Source: Podarcis pityusensis
Taxonomy: Eukaryota
Length of the DNA: 64,000 nt
Reading direction: 5' to 3' (one strand)
Assembly (NCBI GenBank): GCA_964106645.2
Contig: OZ067039.1
Positions 1-16,053 of this stretch are shown piece by piece (the stretch's first letter is position 1; each line of letters begins with the position of its first letter). A program made the position numbers and the translations under genes. The notes under the pieces are model-generated. The model did not search any database. It was not told where the DNA came from and saw nothing but the letters and a program-made list of their open reading frames with translations.

Positions 1-573
1 ACATATTCACTTTGTGGACTTAAGAGAATCTACCATTCTCTCTGCATCAGGCCATACATATCCTGTTTGCAATATGGGGATGATCATTCTAGATTATTTT
101 ATATGGCTGTTGCAAGAATTGTTAAGGTAGTGTATGTGAAGAGCTTTAAGCGCTTGAAATTCTCTAAATAAATCATGAGTATTAATGCTAGGTCCATGTG
201 CTACATTTGTATATGTGATCGCATACTCAAGGATAGGTGGGATAATTTGTGCAGATAACGAATGTCATGTCAGAAATCTCCCTAAATGTTCACATAGGCA
301 ACAATTTCAGCAGTCCTTTTAGAAAAGTAATTCTCAAAAACCCTAAATGCAGTGTATTGGCAAAGGCTTTGGTAGATCTAAAGCTCCGTCACCAAAACAG
401 TATGTCCTTATTTTATAGTAGTATAAAGCAATGCATAAGAGAAGTGGTTAGAATGTTGTTAGTCATATAAGTACAGCTAATGGAGTATTTTTTCTATGCT
501 GTGAACTGAAGCAGAAACATAATTGATTTTTAATGTTCCGTGTTCACTCATTAATAAAGAATCAATTTCTTAG

Positions 574-2539
<1,966 letters not shown>

Positions 2540-3708
2540 TAAAGCATCAGGGATACTGTAAGCACTTTGGAAAGCTGGTGTGAACTGAGGAGGTCCTGTC
2601 CCTATTAAAACAGCACACTTATCACTACAAATAGGCATTAGACATGTCTTTTCAGTTCTGAAAATGGTCAGCTGGCAACGTTAAACTCTTGTTTAATGAC
2701 TCCACCATAGTCATTTAACTTGTGGAAATCTACTGCATATTACAATTTATCTTGAGTTATGCAAGAAGCTATGGGTTGTATCCTACAGAACCATTGTGCT
2801 TGAGGAATGACTTCCACAAGTACAATGGAACTTTTCCTCCCTCCAATGCAGAGGGCACACAGCAGAAGGAGAGTGGGGGAAAGTTCCCTTGGGCTAGAGA
2901 AGTCATTCCTCATGCACAATGACTTAGTTGGATTCAACACAACGTTGTTATTTTAAAGACTGAGTATTCAACGGTTCGTGATGGTGGCGGAACAAGGACA
3001 GAAAATGGGATTTTATTGTAGTCATCAGGTCAGCTTGTAGATTCAGTTCCAAAATGGAGATTGCAGGCTTAATATGTCCTTCTCAGGGGTTACCAACATT
3101 ACCATACTGCAGTACCAGATAGGGACTTATTCAGCCTGAAGTCAACATCTTGGAAGTGAATGTATAAGCTGACCTATTGGCTACACCAACAGCCTAATTT
3201 TTATGCTACTTTTTAATTTTAACCCCCCCCCCAATGCTTTGTGTAATATCTTGCCTGCTGAGGAATTGTTGGGAACTCTAAAGCTTCCTAAGCTTTTGTA
3301 ACATTTTGGCTGCTCCCAATAAAGGTATTGCCTGGCTGTAGATTTTGGAATTTTAACTTAATGATATTGCTCCTACCTGGAGGATGGGGGGAAATGCACT
3401 CCCTCATGTGTGAAGACATCCACATTGTACCTGCTTCAGTAAGCCGTAATTGAAAGCCTAATTACTACCATGTGTACAGACAGTAAAATATGCACATAAG
3501 CTATCTCAGTAGCAGATAAAGCATTTCCAGTGGCAGCAGTGTTGCACTTGCTGGGACAGAGGAGGGGTGCAGTCAGGCAGCGGTGAGGTTGGGAAAGCTT
3601 TGGTTTGGCTGCAGCTATGTAGGTGCCTAGCTTGGCATTTGACTTTTTTCACAGCTACCACACATGAGCTCCTTTATTTTCCCAACCCCCTTCTTTTCTT
3701 CCTTGTAG

Positions 3709-3778
3709 AAAAGAGAGTTTGGATACTAAAAAGGGGGACAAACCAGAAGGTGAACAAAAGAAGGGCAAGGATGCTAAG
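3709..3778 (+). CDS. CACNA1D: exon 18, II-III loop (RKESLDTKKGDKPEGEQKKGKDAK)
   Basis: Strong pyrimidine tract, gtag|A ... AAG|gtacct, 70 nt, phase 2 to 0. Confidence 0.9.
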
Positions 3779-4021
3779 GTACCTCATTTTCACTTCTGTG
3801 TGCTATATATTCTTTAAATGCACAGACACCTGCCAATACTCCAAACTGACTGGTCTCCATCTGTGCTTGTGGTTGTACCTCATGTGGGTTGCCAAGTTCT
3901 TAGAATGCACTGAGTCCTCTCATATGCTGGGTGCCTATGGCTTTTTTGTATCAAGCCTCAAGGCCACAAGCAAGAGGATTTTCTGCCCAGATGCTTGCAT
4001 CGACTGTCCCCAGATCTTCTC

Positions 4022-4024
<3 letters not shown>

Positions 4025-4058
<34 letters not shown>
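4025..4058. repeat. (TG)n microsatellite
   Basis: Direct reading. Confidence 0.95.
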
Positions 4059-4062
<4 letters not shown>

Positions 4063-4506
4063 TGTTTAGAGATGCAAATTAGATAATATTTGCAACGTGT
4101 CTATTTAGGACCTGCTATATTTTATTGGACAGTATCATTAAAATAATAGATGGAGTAAAAGGTTTATTTTCTAACATAATAAATATTGATTTTTAATTGC
4201 TTATTTATACTTGGTTTACTGAAAGATTAACAATTTGAGTTAATCGAAATCATTGGAATGCTGACCTCTGACTTATCCCAAGCTGCATGGGCTCTTTATG
4301 AGACAATCCAGCTGTAAGCACATTTTTTACTGCTTATTTCTCTAACCAGAATTATTGAATTAATTAAAAATTGTAAAGTGTTGGGATTGGGGTGGGGCTG
4401 CTATGCGGAGGGCAGAACAGGAAAAAGAGTGGCTTGGTTTAGCGTGTTGCATCAGTTTACATCTCCCATTTACCTTTCTTCTGAAGTGTTTTTGTTCTTG
4501 TAATAG

Positions 4507-4576
4507 GTTACCATAAATGAATACGGAGAAGGGGAAGATGAAGACAAAGATCCTTACCCACCCTGCGATGTTCCAG
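4507..4576 (+). CDS. CACNA1D: exon 19 (VTINEYGEGEDEDKDPYPPCDVP)
   Basis: 70 nt, phase 0 to 1. Confidence 0.93.
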
Positions 4577-6221
4577 GTACTAATGCACTTAACATATACC
4601 GAGAGAAAAAATATTGGGTCAAGTGTACTACATACTATTTATTAATACGACTAAAAAGAAACAGTATAGATTTCACACATTTCAGCAAATGTGAAATACT
4701 AGCAGGGAATTCCTGGTGCTCCCCAGGATTTTTTGGAAACCAAAAATATATTGTGGTTTTTAAATGGATGGTATTTGTGAGTTTGGATTTGTCACGCCAA
4801 AAATTGAGTGAAGTCACAGTTTGGTCTTCTATCTTGATTCAAAATGGCACCTGGCATCCAAACATAGATGAAGACTGTCGCCCTCACCTTGGGAACCCTC
4901 ATGACAAGTTGGCAATGATCAGAGGCAGCTGAACCTAAGCCAAAAACAGGCAAAGTCTTGCCAAAGTCACGTTTTGGTCTGCCATCTTGATTCAGAATGG
5001 AAGCTGGAGGCCTAACAACAACAAAAATTGCCACCCCCATCTCAGGAACCATTATTCTGAGTTTGGCAACGCTATCTCGAGATGCATCAGAATGCATAGA
5101 AAACAGATAAATGGACAAACCATGTTCCAAACTAAATAACGGACACAGGTTGAGGCAGTTACAGTGATGACTTAAAATAAAAATAAAAAATCTACAAGTT
5201 GTTCACTTTCCTACTCTTGGGCAATGTGCTTTCACTTGAATAAGGGCAGTTTCTGTTTCCTGCTGCAGCCCCCTCAACAGAGGGCACACTGTCCCTGACT
5301 CTTCAGAGAGGGTTTTCAAGGGCATGTGGGCTGGCTACGTGAGAGTGCGGGAAAAAGAAAATCCTTGCCTGAGTGACATTTTTTCCTCACACAATGTGCG
5401 ACTCCAAGCCTGTATCTCCTGCATGGGAGCACACCTCTAGATAGATGAAAACATGCAGAGAATAGTACCATAGCTACTGCACCTGCATTAAGGTGAGCTC
5501 ACCATCATAGCAAGGCTGCCACTTCCGCCTATTACTTGCAGACAGGGCAGTGTCGCTGAAAAGTCACTGGCGGGAGTGTCATGCAATAGTCAAAATGTTC
5601 TTGTGGCACATTTTCAGTGATCTGTGCAACCAAACAAAGGAGTTGGGATTAAGGCGTATATTGTAGTTGCATCGCATCTACGGAGAGCTTTACCAGTATT
5701 CAGTGGGCGGAGTGGGGAAGGCAGTTTATTTACACCCTGACAGTTGAAAAAACTCGTTGCTTTGATTGTGTCAATAGGGGATGATTTTACCTTCCTGACA
5801 GTGAATTTGTGAAAAGTGCACAGAACAGGAAGGGGAGCGGGCAGCCTAAAAAACATGCTCTCAGCTAGAAGCTGCAGACAAGAATTTAAAATTGACGCAC
5901 TGTTTTTCATTGTAATAACTTACATTGGGGAACATAAAGGAGAGCCCTGTCAAAAGCCCATCTAGGCCAGCATCTCACAGCGGCCAACAACATGCCTCGA
6001 ATGCAGGACCTGAGTGCATTAGCCTTCTTCCCATCGGTATTTAGAGACACATGCCTCTCAGAGTCGAAGTAGCAAACTGTAATGATGGGAACGGCAGGAA
6101 TGACCTTATATTAACTAGCATTTGTTTTAAATATCTAGTGGCTATAATCTATTTCCAATATTTTTTTTTCTAATATTACATATTTTGTATATACATATTA
6201 AAGAAAGTAATTAATTTGAAG

Positions 6222-6363
6222 TAGGTGAAGAGGAAGAGGAAGAAGAAGAACCTGAAGTGCCAGCTGGCCCCCGACCCCGAAGAATATCTGAACTGAATAT
6301 GAAGGAAAAGATGACGCCAATTCCTGAAGGAAGCTCCTTCTTTATTTTCAGCAATACAAACCC
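6222..6363 (+). CDS. CACNA1D: exon 20 ((V)[47 protein letters not shown]); alternative start 6225
   Basis: Tandem acceptor aag|tag|GT; donor CC|gtaaat; phase 1 to 2. Confidence 0.9.
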
Positions 6364-6821
6364 GTAAATAACCATTTTATGTGTATCCCTTGAATTGTTT
6401 GTTATTAAATAGTACTACCACATTGAGGCTTCCGTATAAAATAGCAACACTTTTTTCTGGCTGCAACAACAACAAAAAAGCAACAGAATGACCATACAAA
6501 GCTTTTTTTTCAGATGTGTGATTTCTTTGCAAACCAAACTTCTAGTAGGTTGTTTAAATGATTACGTATTACTTGAATAACATGGTCTAAATAGCAGCTA
6601 TATACAAATGTGGTTTTTTAAAAAAATATTGTCCAAGTTATAAAATTTGGCCGCTTTCCATAAGATACTCACATATGCTGTCCTATATAATACATATAAA
6701 TGTACATTTCCCAAAATTACTAGTGCAGTTAACAAGACAACGTGGCTGCTTTCCAGACGAACAACTTTTAAAAAAAATAAAGCTCTGCAGTTGCTTAGTT
6801 TTAAGCTTCAGGAGCAGTTAA

Positions 6822-7112
<291 letters not shown>

Positions 7113-7914
7113 TGAAATTAAGCAGCATTTGGGTATTTTCTTAAGGTTCAACAGGATGTTGGAACCAACTTGGAGATTACAAAAATAGTGCAGAGATTTG
7201 TTGTGGTTGGAGCCTGGAGTCATAGAGTAGCCTCAGTTGTTGTTTTTGTTTTTACAGTGAAGGGGTCTTCATTAGCTCAGTTACAACACTAATAATATTC
7301 AGGATGTAGAAATTCCTAGTTGGGTATTGGAAATGTTCTTTGTTTGAAACCGTGCAGACCCACTGCTGGTCAGCATGAAACAGCATTGAGCTAGATGGAC
7401 CAGTATTGAGCTAGACGGCAGTGGCACATGATGTGGTGTGGTAGTGGCGCTCACCTGACCTCCTGACAGCTGAGCCCTGTTGCTTCCAGGGAAGGAAAGG
7501 GATGAGGCAGTGGGGAGGTTGCTATGGTGCAAACTCACTGGCAGTAGTACCAGCTTGGCTCTGCTATTGTGTTTGCACAGTACTGACCTCTCCACTGCCT
7601 TGTCCCTTCCCCTCTTTCCTAGTTTGCAGCCTCCACACCATGTTGTCCGCTCCCTTAACCTCAACATTAGAAAATGAAATGGGACAAGCATATAAAAACT
7701 GCAGTCTGCAATACAGCTACACATAGATTTTGCTTCTATTTAAAGTGGGTGTATAATATGCTGTATGCAACTCTCATGTACAAATGCTGCTATAAATATT
7801 GTCTATAGCGTTCATTTTTTATTTCTAAAATGAAAAAGGCATATTCTAGGCATATTCTACAAAATAATAAATGCTACAAAAAGGTAATTTCAAATCAAGG
7901 GTGCATTTGTATGC

Positions 7915-8280
7915 TACCTATTTATTCAATTTATTACGTGCCCTTTAGCATAAGGTCCCAGGGTTGGTCACCACAATTTAAAATACAATATTAAAACAGT
8001 ATAAACAAACTACTATTGCCAGAATAGGGTGGGTCCTAAAAATACATATGCCAGGTGTCAAAAGGCCTGGGGAAAGAGGTGCATCTTCAGCATATGATGG
8101 AAACTGCATAATGAAAATGCCACACACCTCTGTGGGGAAGAAATTCCATAATTTGGAGCTGCCACAGAGAAGGAACTTCTGAGGGTCATGGAACTACCAA
8201 GAGGACCCTCTCTGCTCATCTTAACACCCAAGGGGGTCTGTAGGGAAGGGGACGGTCTTCCAGATATTTGGGACCTGAGA
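7915..8280 (-). mobile_element. degraded L2/CR1-clade LINE 3' fragment
   Basis: Begins with a tttatt-rich tail and continues into sequence resembling squamate L2 3' regions (recognised by pattern only). Confidence 0.4.
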
Positions 8281-8384
8281 CCACCTCCTGTTTTTGGAGG
8301 TGAGCAGTTTATACTTTTTTATATATTTGTGGCAGAAATATTTGGTCAAGTGATGAAAGGGTGTTTCTCCAGCTTTTTAAAGTA

Positions 8385-8387
<3 letters not shown>

Positions 8388-8425
<38 letters not shown>

Positions 8426-8442
8426 AAACTCTCTCTCTCTCT
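8388..8442. repeat. (CA)n followed by (CT)n microsatellite
   Basis: Direct reading. Confidence 0.9.
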
Positions 8443-10350
8443 CCCTATAGAGTTCCATTTATATATTTTCTCACCTTCCATTTAAACAAGAAAATAAATG
8501 AGAAAACCTCTCTAACACCATTCTAGGAAAAACAGTTATTCCTTTAAAAAAACTCACCTTAAAAATATTGTGTATGTATGCAGAGAAGAAAAAATCGTAG
8601 GTATGGTCCTGCCAACAGAAGGCATTGTTAGAATAATTGTATCCATTCAAGGTTGGTGTGATTTTATTACATGTAAGCACCAAGATCTTTAGTTGTAACA
8701 GTGTAATAGGTAGTGCCTGTGAAGAAATGTTTTCTACACTAGGTTTAAATCAGCTGCTATTATTTAGTTTAGCCCTTTGCCTGAAGTGGCAGACATCCCA
8801 ACCCAGCATGCTTGGTATAAAGCTTTCTCATGTACAAGCTCAGTAGGGAGCTTCATGCTCAGAAGGTACAAGTGGTTACAGAGCTCCACATGCAAGGCTG
8901 AATAGATGGTTGGTGCTGTCTGTTTTGTTAGTGCTGATCATCTGTTTGGGGTGGGAATCTGAATCCGTTCTTCTACTCCCCTCATCCCCTTTTATGGACT
9001 GGAAGAGGGGACTTGGATGCTGGCTCCTCTTGTTTCCAAAGAGGTGAGTGGCATAGTGGAAGGTAATTGCACAAGCCGCATTTGTTGGATGGATTGAGTT
9101 ATGCTACTTATTACAGCCAAATTGTATATATGTCAAGGAAGCATCCCAAAGCTGAAATGAGTCTTCTTGGGTTTATAGGAAACTATGTTTGGGTATATAG
9201 ATGTTAGGATGAATAAATAGCTTGTGAACACGAAATAGGAGAGTCTTTGCAAGCGGCATGAACTCTTGTTATTTCATATAGAAGAAATTGCTCAAATGTC
9301 TATCAGTCACACTTGCAACTTTGAGAAAATGTTGTTTTGAAGATAAATTCATGCTGTAACATGATGACATGACAACGCCTGATTGAAATGTTTTTAATTG
9401 GCAAAAATTGGTATATTTTTTTCCATGGACACATCAGTATACAGATATACCCTTAAAAGTTTGCCCTGTGATCTGTGCAAAAAGGACTCCATGTGTTTAG
9501 AGAATTTCTGAAGGTTCTTCCAACCACATCAAGATGGCTTAGTAATGTATTCTCATTCAGAATATTTGAATATTCAGTACTCTCTATACGATAAGAACCA
9601 AAACCTAAACAATGCAGAGATTGTTTCATTAGTATGATTATATTATGTTCCGAGAACAAGTTGCACCTGTTAATAATTTGTTTGCATTTCTTACAAGAAC
9701 ACTGTGATGAATAAAACATAATGGGTTGAATCCAAATGTCACTCCTAGGCTCTGAGAGCATCACCCAGGCAGAATTTTACTTGGTGTATGATCCTGCACC
9801 AGGGAGGTGACTTCTGCCGTTTCCCACTTCACCTGCATCCCACCAGCATTTTATCTCACGCTGTCCAGGGGTGGGTGGAGAAGCTTTAGGAAATCCACTG
9901 GAACAGTGTAGGAGATGCTGCTGGGGTCTGTAGGGGGAGGGGGATATGCAGAATCCCTCACCGTTTTCCCAGTGGGATCATCTGATGGACCAAAAGCCTT
10001 CCATAAATGGAAGGAGCCTTCCCAACCACCAAGGGCAAAAGTCTGGGTCCAATACAGTAATTGCTGTAAGGAAAACAATTTGTTCAAATTGCCAGGTGCC
10101 ACCTGTACTTCGGGGGGACATTGAAAGATGAAGTGGTAGCTTTAGAAGTAAGCAAATCTGTGAATTAGGACAACTGTGAGGCAATTTTCAGTGAAACAAA
10201 TAAATGTTGTTTGGTCATTGTACATCTATTTATTTCTCTAAATTTACACATGTTCCTAAAGTAGACATTTCTCTGTATGTGATCAAAGTTGTAAATTCTG
10301 GTAGTATTTGTAGATGAATTTCTTACTGTGGCACATGTTATGCTTTGCAG

Positions 10351-10410
10351 ATACTTGGTTACTTTGACTATGCTTTCACAGCCATCTTTACTGTTGAAAT
10401 CCTGTTAAAG
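10351..10410 (+). CDS. CACNA1D: exon 22, IIIS2 (ILGYFDYAFTAIFTVEILLK), mutually exclusive with 22a
   Basis: gcag|ATA ... AAG|gtaatt, 60 nt. Confidence 0.95.
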
Positions 10411-10490
10411 GTAATTAACTGTTAATTGATCCTTGTTAACTCAGACACAGCTTTAGCAATAATGTTTGTAACTTTTTGTTTACCTTCCAG

Positions 10491-10550
10491 ATCCTAGGGT
10501 ATGCAGATTATGTCTTCACTAGTATGTTTACATTTGAGATCATTTTGAAG
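10491..10550 (+). CDS. CACNA1D: exon 22a, alternative IIIS2 (ILGYADYVFTSMFTFEIILK)
   Basis: ccag|ATC ... AAG|gtaaca, 60 nt, paralogous to exon 22. Confidence 0.93.
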
Positions 10551-12372
10551 GTAACAGGTTTACAAAGAAGTTTACTTAAAAAGGATTTTTTTCTGTGTGT
10601 CACCTGCCACGAAAAGGCACTTGAAGTGTTCTCCGCCTTTTCACTCAACAACCAAATCTAAACCTTTTTTTGAAACCAAAGGATATTTTTCTTCATGGTT
10701 TTTATTCTATTTTACCTTTGGGTGCATGTAGAAGCTACTTTTTTATCATCACATCAATCTGACAGCTCATTTTATCCTTTTTTTCTACTTCCGGTTTGTC
10801 AGAAGAAGGAAAACTATTTCACTACGCATGAGCTTTCCTCCTCCCTTTTCTGGCATTTCAAAGAGAAAGATCTTAAATCTTTTAAAGGAGGAGCATGTAA
10901 TTACTCATTTCTCTTTCTGAACTATATATTCACAGAGTTAAAATAGTAGACCACTATTTTCTTGCAAAGGGACTTGCAAGATACTCTACCCTTTCTAAAA
11001 CCTACTAGGATGCTTTATCTTGGGTATACATTTAAATACACGAAGAGGCATGAACATGCTTACTTAAATGTATTGCCCATGCATGAGTTCAGAACTGGTA
11101 TTTCAATGTATAGTCTGTGTACTGATTATCAAGGACATCCACCAGGGGCGCTCAGAATTCTGATGTACAGATTACATTGGTGCACAATTGATGCTGAAGT
11201 CAAGCTGCTCCACCATTGCAGAATAAGGAGGAACAGATAGAAAATGTGAGCATGCATTTTGATGCCTTCAAGATTGGGATCATCTGTTGTAGCCACTTCC
11301 ATCTCAAGTTACTTATTGAGTATTCCTGGATATGACACAGGACCCAGTGGTATTATAAGAATCAGTACATAAACTTTGCATTTCCAGCTGAGGATCAAAC
11401 ATGACAAATCTATTTCCTGCTTTATTCATATTATTGTGTGTTCTTTTTACAGTGCATTTTGATTAACACTTGATAATAAAACTAATTTGGGCTGTTTACA
11501 AGATATGCTCAGTTTGATAAGGGATAAGGTTTTTAGTTTTAGTTTTTAAAACGTGCTGAATGTGTTTCATATTTCTACCAGCGTAGCATTTCAGAGCATG
11601 CTATTTTGAAAAGGGCATCTCTCTTAGCCCTTCTGTTGGCATGTTTTGCCAGGAAAGTGGGAAACTATTTAGCATGATATTAGGGGGACTGAAATAAAGG
11701 GATATATGGTGTAAAAAAGATTGTTTAGATTATAACACAGCTGTTCCTCATTCTAGTGCAGGGATTGCTAACCTTTTATTAGCCCAAGGGTCTCATTCAG
11801 CCTTGCCCAGGGACCATGCACCAATGGTGCATGCGACTCTCACTTGCACACGCACATGCGCGCGCGCACACACACAGACAGATCACACACAGACCCCCTC
11901 CTCATCACCTGAACTGTGCTATGGCCCCCTGCCTGCTCATTTTCCCCCTAGACCAGGGGTCAGCCACCCCCTGTTCTAGTGGATGCTACATTGTGCTATA
12001 GCCATTTGAAGTAAATTGTGCCCTAAAATTAGAACACATCAAAAACCCAGAACCTAGCTGTTTAGCATTATGTAACCAAAAGGAAACATCTGCTACTGAT
12101 TCATGAACATAGTTTCTGGTGGCTTGCATTTTGTGTGTGCGCCGGCATTTTTCAGTCCACAGTATTTTATTTATCAGTGTTGTATTGTGGATAGCCAAAG
12201 ACAAAATGTGCATTAGTGTTGCATCAATCAAATTCTTTAATTTTGGTTCTTTTTTGTAGTATTCCAGTCTCTCCACTAAGCAAGATTCATTCAGTGCAAG
12301 CATCTTGTAAACAGCCTTGTGAATCAAGCAGAGGTGAAACAAAATAATTAACTATGACCTTTCTGTTTTTAG

Positions 12373-12479
12373 CTGACAGTGTTTGGAGCATTCCTTCATA
12401 AAGGATCTTTCTGCCGAAATTACTTTAATTTGCTGGACTTGTTGGTAGTGGGTGTGTCTCTTGTGTCATTTGGCATTCA
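12373..12479 (+). CDS. CACNA1D: exon 23, IIIS3 ([36 protein letters not shown])
   Basis: 107 nt, phase 0 to 2. Confidence 0.94.
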
Positions 12480-13579
12480 GTAAGTATTTCAATAAATATA
12501 TTATGGGCTGCTGCTGTTCCTTGTTATGTGTATCTGCGATGTGGTACACAAGTAGCACTCATTTTTGTATTTAATAACTGGCCTACCAACAAGCAGACAA
12601 TTGCCATAGTTCCTGGACTGAACAAGCTTAAAACCATAGACCATTAACAAATTGTTAATCTTATAGCTATACTTTGAGGAAAGGAAACAAGGGAATGTTC
12701 GCCTTTGTAGTGTGTAGTTTAATAACTAGAAAAATGCTAGCAAAGGAATATCCAGAATAGTACAGGGTCCCTGTACAGCCGGTGATTTATACAAGAATAA
12801 GTTAAAAAGGTGTGCTGTGGGACATAATGGAGCTGAAGGCTAAATCTGTTATTTTCCCATTGTGAACCAATCCTGACTCTATTTGCATTTTCTTGACCCT
12901 GCATCTGTATACCCCATCCTGAGTTCTGTTTCTTAATCTCAAGTAGTGACAAAATGTTGGGAACTGGCCTTTTACCTATTGCAAGCTTCAGGTTTCATTA
13001 AGTGATTTGTCCTTATGACCGTGATGAAAATTCTTCCAATAGAGGGTGCAGATTTTTAATCTGTCTGACTTCTTTTCTTTTTTAAAAAAAATCTCTGTAG
13101 AACAGGAGAAGAAAACAAGGAAAGATTCCCCACAGTGCTAGTTAGAAGGTTACAGGTTGCAAATGGGGTGTCATTCCTGCTTGATTCTATGATGGTTCAC
13201 AATCCCTATGCTGGAGACAAACCTGACTGGAGTCTGGTCTATAACTGTTTCTGCAGCTACTTATTTTGAAACCATTGTTTTATAAATGTGGAGTATACTC
13301 AGCCCTGTCTAGGATAGATAGATTACTCACAAGTTGCTGAAATCACTTTGTGAGAACCCCCTTGAGCACCCTGTTGGTTTATTTATTTAGCAAAGGAGAA
13401 GAGGAGGGGAAGGAAGAATGGAAATAACTCATACACTAATACTTACTCCTATAAGTAAATAAAATTATTTCAAAAGTGATGAGCTGTTGTGCATGAGTAT
13501 GACCTAATTTTGTCAGAGCTGAGGAATGAAATTAAGGGATGGCAAGTTAATGCTTTATTTGTTTTTACTTTTCATCTAG

Positions 13580-13667
13580 ATCAAGCGCCATTTCAGTTGT
13601 GAAGATTCTGAGAGTTTTAAGAGTCTTAAGACCCTTAAGGGCTATAAACAGAGCAAAAGGACTTAAG
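13580..13667 (+). CDS. CACNA1D: exon 24, IIIS4 ([29 protein letters not shown])
   Basis: 88 nt, S4 R/K-x-x periodicity. Confidence 0.95.
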
Positions 13668-14535
13668 GTTGTTACCTGAATTTTCTTTTCTGAACTACAA
13701 ACAAATAACATTAGAAGCATTAGTTGGCATTTACTATTAGAAACATTAATTCATGTTAGAAACATGAATAAGTCATGGGGGCTTTGGAGCCAATGTTTAT
13801 GCTTCCTAGAATAAAACTGCTTTTCAGCAACATTCAGCAACTGCTTTTCGGCAACATTTTATTCATTTCCATACACCAAAATGTGTACTGATTGCCGTGT
13901 AAGTGTAAGGCAGGCATCTTTAGGGAAGCTATTCCATAAACTGAGTACCACTGCTGAAAAGACCCTCTCCTTTGTTGTTAAATAGTGTGCCTTCCCCCAA
14001 ACCCTAACGGGGTCTCCTTTGTAGCCATCATGCATCACAGAGGGTTTCTGCTTCTCATTTTCCTCTGAGTGGTATGCTGCTTGTTATTCCACGTTTCCCC
14101 TGGATCTGGTCCTATCAAATTCCTTGCCCACCTTCTTCCTTGCCCCAGCTATTGCAGAGCAACGGAAATATTTACATTGAGGCAGCTTAGGGAACAGAAA
14201 ACCTTTTCCATCTGCTCTAGTTGTAAAGGTTTGTGACTGCAAACCTATACATTTTCATGGGAGTCAGTCCCACTAAACTCAATAGGGCTTGCTTTTGTGT
14301 TGGCATTTCTAGGATCACACTGCTAGCTTCTAGGGAAGCTGTTTCAGATTGCCTAGTAGGGATAGCAACACTACAAAGAGCAGTGAGATCACCCTTTAAG
14401 ATGCTGCTCCTTGTTGCTTACAAATTCTGAGGATGAAATTGAAAGAGCATTGTTTGGAATGCCAATGAGATCTCTTAATTTACTAGGGTGCAATCGTATA
14501 CACATTTATCTAGGAGCAAGTGGCACTTAGTTCTG

Positions 14536-14679
14536 AGCTCAGTCGGTAAAGCATGAGATGCTTAATCTCAGAGTCATGGGTTTGGGCCCCATGTTGGGCA
14601 AAAGATTCCTGCATTGCAGGGGGCTGGACTAGATGACCCTTGCGGTCCCTTCCAACTCCATAATGCTATGATTCTATGA
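14536..14679 (+). mobile_element. tRNA-Lys-derived SINE with CR1 3' tail (Pol III/POM-type)
   Basis: Head GCTCAGTCGGTAAAGCATGAGA..CTTAATCTCAG..GGGTT..GCCCCATGTTGGGC resembles tRNA-Lys(CTT); tail GGACTAGATGACC..GGTCCCTTCCAAC..ATGATTCTATGA matches the CR1 3' end. Confidence 0.8.
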
Positions 14680-14758
14680 CATGCATTGTAAAAAATAATT
14701 AATGAAATGCAAGTTCATTGAGCATGATGATGAAAACACCCAACGAAAATTGCACTGA

Positions 14759-14965
<207 letters not shown>

Positions 14966-15084
14966 TAGTAAATTATTCTTTGCAAGCCATATTAAACTCC
15001 AGTAGAGATGCATGTAAAAAAAGATAAGAGTAGTTAATGGTTCTGTGCCATGGATTCTACTTCCATGTTCTGTTTTATCCATAG

Positions 15085-15137
15085 GGAAAGTTCTATCGGT
15101 GCACAGATGAAGCAAAACAAAACCCTGTGGAATGTCG
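15085..15137 (+). CDS. CACNA1D: exon 26 (GKFYRCTDEAKQNPVECR)
   Basis: 53 nt, phase 0 to 2. Confidence 0.94.
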
Positions 15138-15233
15138 GTACGAATGTTTTCCTCTTAATCTGCCTGAATTGGTGGTTTTTTTAAAAAAAAGCATTGCATT
15201 TCCACAGTAGCTATCTGCTTTTTCCTCCTGTAG

Positions 15234-15380
15234 GGGAATATTTATTGTTTATAAAGATGGAGATGTGGAGAGCCCAATGGTGAGAGAGAGAGTATGGCAG
15301 AACAGTGATTTCAACTTTGACAACGTGCTTACTGCTATGATGGCTCTTTTTACGGTTTCTACTTTTGAAGGATGGCCTGC
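15234..15380 (+). CDS. CACNA1D: exon 27, IIIP ([48 protein letters not shown])
   Basis: 147 nt, pore Glu in TFEGW. Confidence 0.95.
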
Positions 15381-15780
15381 GTAAGTATACCATTTATGAA
15401 GGTCTTTGCTGCTATTTTTAAATAGTGAGCAGCTGCTTATGTTGGACATCATCTTCCTTTCGGCATGATACTTTTGGAAGGACTAGAATCCTTGACTCTC
15501 ACTGAAGGTAATGGGAAGTGAGGACATGTCTTAATAACTTTTTTATTATTTATCCTGGAGGTTTTTTCCCCACTTAGGAAGATCAGTGAAATTTCCTGAT
15601 GATTTTCCAAATAGATAATTTAGTCTTTAAATAAAGCTTTAAAAAAAAATTTGAAACCTCTGCATTTTTACTTTAAATTAGGTGAAACTTTTGCAAAATG
15701 TGTAAATACAATAGTCTTGTTTCATAGTTCCCACCTGCCAGTTGCAACTAGAATTAACACTTTCAGTCTTCTTTACTTGA

Positions 15781-16053
<273 letters not shown>

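Noticed and set aside
14536-14610. tRNA-Lys gene
   Set aside because: The stems and B box are degenerate and the sequence is fused to a CR1 tail, so it is a SINE head.
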